64,000 nucleotides of DNA from Candidatus Latescibacterota bacterium. Its GTDB lineage: Bacteria > Latescibacterota > UBA2968 > UBA8231. The DNA is taken from assembly GCA_965261395.1 (NCBI GenBank), contig OZ253462.1, positions 5,152,001 through 5,216,000 of the forward strand, written 5' to 3'. The position numbers and the translations under genes were made by a program. The notes under the pieces are model-generated. The model searched no databases, was not told where the DNA came from, and worked only from the letters and a program-made list of their open reading frames with translations. Every line of letters begins with the position of its first letter. The first letter of the stretch is position 1. Below, in pieces: positions 43,207-51,741 of the stretch.

Positions 43207-45999
43207 TTACTCTAGCCCGGCGAAGACCGTAATAAAACTGGTCGTCTCGTTGCTACTCTCGTCGCCAATCACAAAGGTACCCGGCCGGCCGCTGTCCTCA
43301 ATCACCTGTTCGGTGAAAATCCGGCCGTAGCGCAGACCGATCTGAGTCGTCAGCCGGTAGCCCAGATAATCCGAAGTGGTCGAAAGCTGTACGGCGACAT
43401 TAGTAGAACTCAGGTCACCCGTCTCCTGCTGGCGACCGGCGGCAATAAGCGCGTTCTCGTCCAAGCTCTGGTCGCTGAACCACAACTGCTCCAGTCCGGC
43501 CTGAATAATCGTATGGCGGAGCACCGGCAAGGTCACTATCAACTGCGCCGTCGCCGTCCATTCCTCGCGATCATCTTCTACGACGAGAAAGGCCGTCTGA
43601 CGCAGCAGCTCGCTTTTGAACCTCGGCTGCAAATTCAAACGTCCCAAGCCGTAGGTGTAATCAACCTTGTTGATCAAGCCGAAAAAGCTGGCGTCGTCCT
43701 CCATCAGGCGACCGTTGGCGTCGCGAGTCTCGGCTTGGTTCTGACGGAAGGTCTCCCACTTGAGCTTGTTGACCACGTTCAAGCCCTCGATGCCCTTGTA
43801 GTCGAACTGCACAAAGGCGGTGTTGATCCAAGTATCCTGCGCTGGGAGGATATCGCGGACTACTGGCTGGATCGGCGCGCCCTCAAAGGGCGTAGGCTCG
43901 CGGCGGGCATCGGGGATGGTGTCCTTGGCCTGCTTGACCATATCGAAGACCCGCAGGCGCCCCAAGCCCGCGTAGTTCTTGTCGAAGGTGAACATCGCGT
44001 AGTTGGTCGCGTTGATCGCGTCGGTCGTCTGCGACTCCTCGTCGGTGCGGCCGATGATCAGCCGAGCCTCCGGCATCAGGTGCACTCCGCCAAAGACATT
44101 GAACCCCCGCCGATCGGGTTTATAGGGAAAATCGGGCAAGTCGTCGTCCTCAAAGCGGTCGATCCAGTTGTTGTTGTTGAGGTCAATGCCGAAGAGAAAC
44201 TCCGGCCGATCGACGTTGTAACGCAGGAACGGCTCCTCGTAGTCGGGGGTGATATTGCCTACGGTGGCGTTGTCGTTCTGGTTGAAGTCGGATATGAAGT
44301 CGTTGTTCTGGTCCCAACCTGGGTAGATTGCCCGGTCGTTGATCGTGCCGAAGCGAACCCAGTCGGGGTAGCGATCTTGATCGTCGTTGTCGTCGACAAA
44401 CTCGTAGAAGTGCCGCTGGCTATTGTCGTATTGCACATCGCCGTTGGCGTTGACCAGAAAGGTAGTACTCGAATAGGCTTGATCGATGGCGTAGGCCTCG
44501 CCGTAGAAGAAATAAGGAAAAACATCGCGCGAGACGTTGAAATACCAGGCGTCGGACGTCTCTGAAGAGATCGCGTGTTTCTTTCCCTCGTTGAATAGCG
44601 CGGCGTTGGGGTACTGAGCATAGCGCTTGTTGCGGTCCCACTCGCCGTAGAAGTCGAAGCCGAAGGCATCGGCTCCCTCAATGGTAAAGCCGCCGATTAG
44701 GTTGGCGGTCGGCAAGCCATAGTCGAACTTGATCCGCTGCAAATTGGAGATGTCCTTCACGTTGCCCTCGGCGCGCCGAAGTACTAGGAAGGCCGGCTGG
44801 CTGTTGTCGATTACTTCGCTGGTCAGCGGGGCCGCCGGTACCGCCCGCTGGCCCGTCTGGCGGTCGGACCACAATTCGATCTTGAAGTCGTTGGCCAGCA
44901 CGTAGTTGAAGTCGACCCCGACAATGGTCGTCGGGTCCGGGCCGATATAGGCCGGATCGTTGAAGTCGTAGTTGACGATGATCCGCTCCGGGCCATCCGC
45001 TGCCAAAAAACCCGGACGCCGGAACCCGCCGAAGATGACCGGCCACTCGGAGCCGGGCCGGACCACCTCCTGCAAGGTGGAGACCGTCTCCCCGCCGGTG
45101 TCAAAGTCGCGGCTGGTGATCCGCACATCGTGACTGAACAGCGCCGCACCCCCCTCGCCGTCTTCGGGCGAATCGTCGCTCAGGATCACTGCAATCGCCG
45201 TCAGCGGTGTAGTGCTCTGTCCAGCGGTGAGGCTGCCGGCGACTAGGTCGCCAGCAAAGAGATCGAGGGTGGTGTTGGCGTTGCGGGCATCGACTAGCGT
45301 GGCTCCCAGCGTGATGAAGTCGCCGACCTGAAACGTCGCCCGCCCACCAAACATCGAGGTCGTGTTGGTCTGGGTGACCGGCGCGGTGCTGCCGCCGAGG
45401 CCCTGCGAGGAGCCGCGGATCGGCTCGCTGATACGCGAGGCGAGGATCGTCGCCTGGTACTTGTCCGAGGCAAAGTCGATCTGCACCCCGTTGAAGTCCG
45501 GCTTGGAAAAGGTCATCGGCGTCAGCGTCGTGCGGATTCGGTCGCCGACCGTAATCGCGTAGTTGTACTGCCCCTGCGAGTCGCCGCTGATGGTCACCGC
45601 GTTGAACCAAGTATTAAAACGCGTACCCTGGAAGATGCCACTGCCCAAGGGCAACGGCTGGTCCTGGCGCCAGTCGTAGATCAGCCAACCATGGGTGGTG
45701 AAATTGCCGTACACATCGTAGAAGTAAGCACCCTCGCGGGTCGTGTTGACATAGCGCTCATACGGGGTGCGGGCGTAGTTGGAGTACTGCCACTGGCGCC
45801 AGCCATAGTCGGCGTATAGCTCCTGCGGCACGTACCACTTTTTGACAGTCGGGTCCAGGGCACCAAATATTACGCCTGGGCCGATAGGCTCAAAACTGAC
45901 AGCACCACCGCGCTGTACCCCTAACCGACCCCGGTAGTCTTCCTGCCCATGCGCCGGGGTTAGGCCAAGTAAAGCGCCGATCACTGCAAGACTTCGCAT
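43207..45999 (-). CDS. Large secreted/putative outer-membrane protein, paralog 1 (~930 aa)
   Basis: Shares IRTTLTPMTF, DDSPEDGEGGA, DYGLPTA, PDYEEPFLRY..DRPEFLFGIDLNNN with its neighbour; ends SFITVFAGLE. Confidence 0.75.
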   Translation of the reverse strand: MRSLAVIGALLGLTPAHGQEDYRGRLGVQRGGAVSFEPIGPGVIFGALDPTVKKWYVPQELYADYGWRQWQYSNYARTPYERYVNTTREGAYFYDVYGNFTTHGWLIYDWRQDQPLPLGSGIFQGTRFNTWFNAVTISGDSQGQYNYAITVGDRIRTTLTPMTFSKPDFNGVQIDFASDKYQATILASRISEPIRGSSQGLGGSTAPVTQTNTTSMFGGRATFQVGDFITLGATLVDARNANTTLDLFAGDLVAGSLTAGQSTTPLTAIAVILSDDSPEDGEGGAALFSHDVRITSRDFDTGGETVSTLQEVVRPGSEWPVIFGGFRRPGFLAADGPERIIVNYDFNDPAYIGPDPTTIVGVDFNYVLANDFKIELWSDRQTGQRAVPAAPLTSEVIDNSQPAFLVLRRAEGNVKDISNLQRIKFDYGLPTANLIGGFTIEGADAFGFDFYGEWDRNKRYAQYPNAALFNEGKKHAISSETSDAWYFNVSRDVFPYFFYGEAYAIDQAYSSTTFLVNANGDVQYDNSQRHFYEFVDDNDDQDRYPDWVRFGTINDRAIYPGWDQNNDFISDFNQNDNATVGNITPDYEEPFLRYNVDRPEFLFGIDLNNNNWIDRFEDDDLPDFPYKPDRRGFNVFGGVHLMPEARLIIGRTDEESQTTDAINATNYAMFTFDKNYAGLGRLRVFDMVKQAKDTIPDARREPTPFEGAPIQPVVRDILPAQDTWINTAFVQFDYKGIEGLNVVNKLKWETFRQNQAETRDANGRLMEDDASFFGLINKVDYTYGLGRLNLQPRFKSELLRQTAFLVVEDDREEWTATAQLIVTLPVLRHTIIQAGLEQLWFSDQSLDENALIAAGRQQETGDLSSTNVAVQLSTTSDYLGYRLTTQIGLRYGRIFTEQVIEDSGRPGTFVIGDESSNETTSFITVFAGLE

Positions 46000-46043
46000 C
46001 GCTTTCAACACTGCTCTCCCTCGTTCCAAAAAAGGCTAGTGCC

Positions 46044-48269
46044 TTAATAAGCCAAGCTGACCATGCCGAGGCCGCGTTCCTGGCCGGTGCCAGCGTCCAG
46101 CGTCACGCTGAACAGATAGTTGCCTGGAGGCAGCGCCTTCCCGGCGTCGTTTTTGCCGTCCCAAGGACGAGCATGGCGCCCGCTGCTGTCGAGTCCGCGA
46201 TAGAGCTTCCGCACCGGCCGCCCCGCCAAGTCGCGCACCACGATTTCTACATCGGTCGGGCGGGCGATATTGGTGATGTCGTACTGGACCGCAGCTTGGT
46301 CGTTTATGCCGTCCCCGTTGGGGCTAAAGGCCCCGGGGACCGCACGCACGTTGACTAGCAGGTCGCCGACGATCGGTACGGCCACCGAGAGGTTCCCGCT
46401 GAAAGGCGTACCCAAAGGCTGCAAATCCGGGTCAACCTCACCCAGATCGGCGGCGTTACCCGATACCACATCTTGGGCAATCTGCACTTCCTCGTCCGAA
46501 TTGAACGCCCGCGTCGTAAAGGTTGTGCCAAAGCGCAAAACCGCGTTGTCGAAGGTCACCCGCACCTCGGTGCCATCCTCGGTGACCGTTGGAAACTCAA
46601 AGATGAAGCTGTTGTCGGCGACCTCAATCACCGCAAAGTCGCCGCGCTGGAGCGGCAACTGGTCGAGTGCCGCGCCGCTGAAATCGGCCTCATCCACCGT
46701 GCCGTCCGGACGCCGGACCTCCATCAGTGCCACATTTTCGACCTTGAGCGGAGTATCGACCTGTAGCCGATTGAAGCCGCGATCGCGGCCCGGACGGAGC
46801 TTGCTCAACACGGCGAGAGTAAAGTCCGTCTTTTCGCCTAGCGCCGCTTGGCGCGGGACGATCTCGGCGATTAACTCCTCGGCAAAAGGCGACGGCAGAA
46901 CTTCAAAGGAAATCCCCCCAACGCCGGTGGCCGACTCGAACTCGTCGCTAGAGAATTCAACCGCGAACTGGAAATAGCGGCGCGGACTCGGCGAGACCAC
47001 CGGTATCCCCAGCAACGCGTCGGCCAAATCGGCGTCCGCACCAACCAGCGCGCTGACCGGATAGGGGGGTGACCAAGCGCTCCAGTTGGTCACGTCGTTG
47101 CGGATATTGCCCTTGTCCTCATTGCGCAACCGGCCGAAGTCGGCGGCTGTCAGCGAGATCTGCTCCTGCTGCTCCAGCGGCAGATCCTTGAATATCTGCA
47201 GCGCCTCGCGCAAATCGACATCCTCGTTGTCGAGCACCGTCTCAACTAGGGTTTTTAGCTCGGCATCCTCGATGTCGGCGGCGAATTTCCACGGCACTTC
47301 GTCGCCGCGGGCCGTGGTCCCCGTTTGGCTGGCCCCGCCGCCCAAGCGGAAGATCTGCTCACCCGGGCGAATTTTGTTGTATTCGACTGGCTGTGGGTCA
47401 TTGCCGGTGCGGGTGCGGATCAGGACCCGCGACAGCCCGCTGTCACCCGCTTTCTGCTCGACCCAGCGCAGCATTCCAAAAAGCGACAGGTCACCGAAGT
47501 CAAAGACATTGGAAATATAGAAGGCCTCGGGCACAAAGCCGGTGCCAAAGACTTGGAACTCGGCCAAGTCAAAACCCGTCGCCGTCAGCGACTTGAGCCG
47601 CACGAACCGCACGTACTGAGGCGGGATATGCACATCAACTACTGGGTCTTCGTTCTGGTTGGCCAGCACCACGGTCTCGCGGATCGGCACCCCCTCGCGC
47701 TGGGTCTCAGGCGTACCGTCGTTGATAAATATCTCGAAGGCGCGCATAAAATCGTTCTGGTATGGGAATGCCGGAGCGGGGAACGCCGGGTCGGCATTGC
47801 GGGGAAAGAACTTGAAGCGATTGATCCCGAAGCGGGCCCCTAAGTCCAAATCGATAATAATGCCCAACACGCGCGCGCTCTGACCACCGGCACTGGCGCG
47901 CAAATCCAGTGCCGTCTCGCCGTTGTTGTCGATGATACTGGGCAGTTCCGGCCGGATGTTGATGGTATTGGGCGAGGTGATTGAGCCGCCGCGGGCTTCG
48001 GAATTAGCCCCGATGGCGATATTGAGCGTAGTATCGGCACGCTGCGGAAAAATCCAGTTTCTGAAACCCTCGGCATTGAAGTCGATAACTCCGCCAGGCG
48101 CGTTGGTATTTTCCACCGAAGTCGCACTGCGGATGACCGTAGCCTGAATCTCTCCGCCGCCACTGACCCAATCCAAACCGCCTTCGCCGCCGACGATTAC
48201 GACTTCAGCGGCGACCGGCCGACCGCCGAGTAGGCACAATAAGAGAGCATATACACTAGCGCGTTTCAT
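46044..48269 (-). CDS. Divergent array paralog C (~741 aa), first gene of the operon
   Basis: Start MKRASVY; DLDLG..RFKFFPR..LAEFQVFG, RTRTG..WSAWS..SPSPRRYFQ, FSPNGDGIND; ends VSLAY. Confidence 0.85.
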   Translation of the reverse strand: MKRASVYALLLCLLGGRPVAAEVVIVGGEGGLDWVSGGGEIQATVIRSATSVENTNAPGGVIDFNAEGFRNWIFPQRADTTLNIAIGANSEARGGSITSPNTINIRPELPSIIDNNGETALDLRASAGGQSARVLGIIIDLDLGARFGINRFKFFPRNADPAFPAPAFPYQNDFMRAFEIFINDGTPETQREGVPIRETVVLANQNEDPVVDVHIPPQYVRFVRLKSLTATGFDLAEFQVFGTGFVPEAFYISNVFDFGDLSLFGMLRWVEQKAGDSGLSRVLIRTRTGNDPQPVEYNKIRPGEQIFRLGGGASQTGTTARGDEVPWKFAADIEDAELKTLVETVLDNEDVDLREALQIFKDLPLEQQEQISLTAADFGRLRNEDKGNIRNDVTNWSAWSPPYPVSALVGADADLADALLGIPVVSPSPRRYFQFAVEFSSDEFESATGVGGISFEVLPSPFAEELIAEIVPRQAALGEKTDFTLAVLSKLRPGRDRGFNRLQVDTPLKVENVALMEVRRPDGTVDEADFSGAALDQLPLQRGDFAVIEVADNSFIFEFPTVTEDGTEVRVTFDNAVLRFGTTFTTRAFNSDEEVQIAQDVVSGNAADLGEVDPDLQPLGTPFSGNLSVAVPIVGDLLVNVRAVPGAFSPNGDGINDQAAVQYDITNIARPTDVEIVVRDLAGRPVRKLYRGLDSSGRHARPWDGKNDAGKALPPGNYLFSVTLDAGTGQERGLGMVSLAY

Positions 48270-48517
48270 AAGCAGAAGTTCGTCGACAAGTGAATTCGGA
48301 CCCGAAAAATTCAATAAGTTCATTATTATAAAGACATTATGCACAGCTTATTACCGCGTAATCCTCTAGCAGGCCAACTATTTATAATCAATAGCTCTTA
48401 GCGCCGCAAGCATCTTTCAAGCCTTGCCCCATCCTATCGCCCCGGCGTTTTACTTTCATTTCCCCCCTCTTTATATTGGTCTTTTTCCCTTCCTCAAATT
48501 AGGAGCATCCCAGTACT

Positions 48518-50209
48518 ATGAAAACGAAGCATCTCAACGCCCTGCTTTTGCTTAGTTGGCTCTTCGCCGCCTGTGGAGATCAGCAACCGCCGTCCTCGCC
48601 GGCCGAACTCGTCGTTGCCGAGGTTGGCGACAAGTCGATTACCGCGGCTGAGTTCGCCGAGTTCTCCTCCATGATTCCCGAAGGAATGCACCAAGGAGCC
48701 ACGCCGCTGGCCGTCGCCCGCAATCTGCTCAACAGCTTGATCGACAAGGAGTTACTCCTACAAGAAGCCCGGGCGTCCAACATCGAAAATATGATTTGGT
48801 TTATCGACGAGTTGACCAACTACGAACGCTCGCGCATCCTGCGCCTCTACGAGCAACGGGAAATCATCAGCAAACTGAACATCACCGAGGAAATGGTCGA
48901 AGCCCATTACCGCGCAACCCGCCGCGACCGCTCAATCCGCCTCGGCGGCATCATGGCCAATACCGAAGAAGAGGCCAACGCCCTCTACCAGCAGCTTCAA
49001 GGCGGTGCCGATTTCCACGAACTAGCCCGCACCCACTCGGTCCACAGCGAAAGCGCCGAGCGCGGCGGCGATACCGGGCTATACCAGTTGCGCGACCAGC
49101 TCATGCCCGAAGTCGCAGCCAAAGTGGCCGACCTAGAAATCGGCGAGATCGCCCCGCCGGTGCCGCTGTTCGTCGCCCGCGAGCAAAAGTTTGCCATCTT
49201 CACCGTCCTCGACGAAATCCCAGCACCGCTCGAAGCCTCCGAGTCCCGCATCCGCGAAGAATTGCTCATCGCCCAGCGCAACCAGCGCCTGCAAACCATG
49301 CTCGATTCACTACGGGGCGAGTACCATCCCCAACCGCAGCCGCAAAACCTCGCCCTATTGGCCGAGCGCATTGGCCAGTTCACCGGCGAGGAGTTCGCCC
49401 TCGCCGAGGCCGACGCTGCCTTGCCCGTCTGCACCTTCGGCAAGGGAGACCCCATCGACCTAGGAAAATTCGTCGAGACCATCCGCCAGATGAGAATAGC
49501 CCCGCAAATGCTGATCGACACTGAGCGCGCCGCGGAATACCTCGACCGCCGGGTCGTCCCCGAACACCTGTTCATGTCTGAAATCATCAACGCCGGGCTG
49601 GACCAAGACCCCGAATTCCGCGCCAGCATCGCCGCCAAGCGCCAAGAATTCATGATCACCGGCCTACGCAAGCTCATGGTTGACCAGCATCTGTCAGTCT
49701 CCCCAGAAGAGGCCCGTACCTTCTACGACGAGCATCCGGAGAAATTCACCAAACCCACCACCACCGTCGCCATCGAAATTTTAGTTGCCAGTGACTCGCT
49801 AGCCCAGGGTCTGCTCACTGAGTTGGCGCAAGCTACTGAAGCCGAAGCCGAAACCCTCGCCGTACGCCACAGCGAACGCGCCGAGGCCCTCCACCACAAG
49901 GGACGCATCAACCTCAATATATACACCGAGCAATTATTTCCCGGTATCTCCGACTTGGCCCAAGATATCGAGGTCGGCCAAGTGGGCGGCCCAGTCCGCA
50001 CCCAGCGAGGCTATTCGGTATTCAAAGTCGTGGATCGCCAACGCGAACACATCCCCTACACTGAGGACTCAGAGCGACGCGCCCGAGCCTATGTGCTCAT
50101 CGACAAGGCCCAGCAGCGCTACGTCGAATACGTGCGTAGTCTGCATAAAATCTATCCGACAACCATCCACGAAGCCCATTTGAAGCAGTACACCGCCGCC
50201 CAAAGCTGA
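48518..50209 (+). CDS. SurA/PrsA-like foldase lipoprotein with two parvulin (PpiC) domains
   Basis: AGGAG RBS; LFAAC lipobox; DFHELARTHS..SAERGGDTG; second rotamase (GPVRTQRGYSVFKV). Confidence 0.85.
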   Translation: MKTKHLNALLLLSWLFAACGDQQPPSSPAELVVAEVGDKSITAAEFAEFSSMIPEGMHQGATPLAVARNLLNSLIDKELLLQEARASNIENMIWFIDELTNYERSRILRLYEQREIISKLNITEEMVEAHYRATRRDRSIRLGGIMANTEEEANALYQQLQGGADFHELARTHSVHSESAERGGDTGLYQLRDQLMPEVAAKVADLEIGEIAPPVPLFVAREQKFAIFTVLDEIPAPLEASESRIREELLIAQRNQRLQTMLDSLRGEYHPQPQPQNLALLAERIGQFTGEEFALAEADAALPVCTFGKGDPIDLGKFVETIRQMRIAPQMLIDTERAAEYLDRRVVPEHLFMSEIINAGLDQDPEFRASIAAKRQEFMITGLRKLMVDQHLSVSPEEARTFYDEHPEKFTKPTTTVAIEILVASDSLAQGLLTELAQATEAEAETLAVRHSERAEALHHKGRINLNIYTEQLFPGISDLAQDIEVGQVGGPVRTQRGYSVFKVVDRQREHIPYTEDSERRARAYVLIDKAQQRYVEYVRSLHKIYPTTIHEAHLKQYTAAQS

Positions 50210-51741
50210 TGGTCTCCCGCCTGTGGGCGCTTTGCTGCCTCCTCCTAATACCACTCGGCGCACGTGCCGAGCGCGCCGACACCACCATCGCCGACCAGAC
50301 CTACGCCCTGCTTCCGGCGGCGGACCTGCTCTCGCGCTTACAACGGGCAAAAGGGCCGATCCACCTCCGCGCCACCGCCGTCGTCGGCCCCCTCTACGCC
50401 CCTACCGCCGGCCTCGACACCGTGCGCGCCGCGCTCTATCTCGACGACGTCTTCTTCTTCGACGAGGTCACCCTCAACAACGTGGTCTTCCTCGGTCCGG
50501 TGCAGGGCGAGCGCGCCACATTCGCCAACGGCCTCTCGCTGATAAATACCCGCTTCCACAGCGCATTCGGCCTGCGCGCAAGCCGGTCCGGCAAGCACCT
50601 CAACTGCAAACAGGCGGTCTTTCACGCCGACGCCGACTTTGCCGACGGCGATTTCGCTGGTCCCAATTCGTTTATCAACGCCCGCTTCGCCGGTGCCGCT
50701 CGCTTCGCGCGCACCCGCTTTGCAGCCGCCGCCTACTTTGAAGGCACCCACTTCGCTGGCCAGACCGACTTTGCCGACGCCCGCTTCGCCGGTGTCGCCT
50801 CCTTCAAGGACGCCCGTTGGAATGGCCCGGCTTCCTTTGCCGGTGCCCGCTTTGCCGAACGCGCCCTCTTCTGGCGGACCCAGTTCCGCGCCGCAGCCGA
50901 CTTTGCAGCGGTCCGCGCCGACGGGGAGGTCTCCTTCAACCAAGCCACCTTCGCCAACCAAGCTCATTTCGCCGACTTCACCTTCGCCCAAGCCGCCCAC
51001 TTCACCAACGCGACTTTCGCCCGCGCGAACTTTGGCGGCAGCTACTTCCGCAAAGAGGCCAATTTTAGCGGCGTCCAAGCGCAGACACTGCGTTTCAACT
51101 CCTTTTTCAACCGCACCCTCGACCTGCGTCGCTCCACTATCGGCACCCTCGATCTGCACCCAAGTGCCCAAGCTGATTCTACCTTTGCCGAGAGCGCCCA
51201 ACTCTACTTGCAGCAAGCCTATTTCGAGCGCCTCCGCGTCCGCTGGGCGCACGTGCGCCACCGGCTAGCCGCTACTGACTCGGCGTCGTTCACCGGGCTC
51301 GACCCTGCCTACAACAGCCTGCGGCACCACTTCCTCACCCAAGGACTAAAAGACGACGCCGCAGCCTGCGAGGTCGAGCGTCTAGACCGCCAACGCGGCA
51401 CCCTTAGCTGGGCCGCGCCCAGACGTTGGGCGTTGGAGCTGTGGAACCTCAGTTCCCGCTACGGCACCGCCCCGCTGCAACTCGTCCTCTGTATCCTTGG
51501 CAGCATCCTCCTTTGGGCGCTGATCTACCGGCTGGCCCCTAGCACCTTGCGGTCCGCCAACGGCGACGAACGCCCCACCCTCGCCGACTGCATCGGCTTC
51601 AGCATTCACGCCTTCACCCGCACCGATCCCTACCCCTGGTACGCAACCGGCAAGCTCAAACTCCTCGCCAGCGTCCAAACCCTGCTGGGCTGGGTCTCGC
51701 TCGGCTTAGTGCTCGCCGTGACCTTGGCGCATCTGCTGTGA
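50209..51741 (+). CDS. Pentapeptide-repeat protein with C-terminal two-TM channel-like region
   Basis: Many A.F..A.F repeats; YG..P..TM..FSIHAFT..TM tail. Confidence 0.75.
   Translation: MVSRLWALCCLLLIPLGARAERADTTIADQTYALLPAADLLSRLQRAKGPIHLRATAVVGPLYAPTAGLDTVRAALYLDDVFFFDEVTLNNVVFLGPVQGERATFANGLSLINTRFHSAFGLRASRSGKHLNCKQAVFHADADFADGDFAGPNSFINARFAGAARFARTRFAAAAYFEGTHFAGQTDFADARFAGVASFKDARWNGPASFAGARFAERALFWRTQFRAAADFAAVRADGEVSFNQATFANQAHFADFTFAQAAHFTNATFARANFGGSYFRKEANFSGVQAQTLRFNSFFNRTLDLRRSTIGTLDLHPSAQADSTFAESAQLYLQQAYFERLRVRWAHVRHRLAATDSASFTGLDPAYNSLRHHFLTQGLKDDAAACEVERLDRQRGTLSWAAPRRWALELWNLSSRYGTAPLQLVLCILGSILLWALIYRLAPSTLRSANGDERPTLADCIGFSIHAFTRTDPYPWYATGKLKLLASVQTLLGWVSLGLVLAVTLAHLL

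Noticed and set aside
21632-48269. Prophage tail/baseplate or contractile injection system cluster
   Set aside because: All paralogs carry Sec signal peptides and Ig-like CTDs; no capsid, terminase, sheath, tube or VgrG-like genes recognised.
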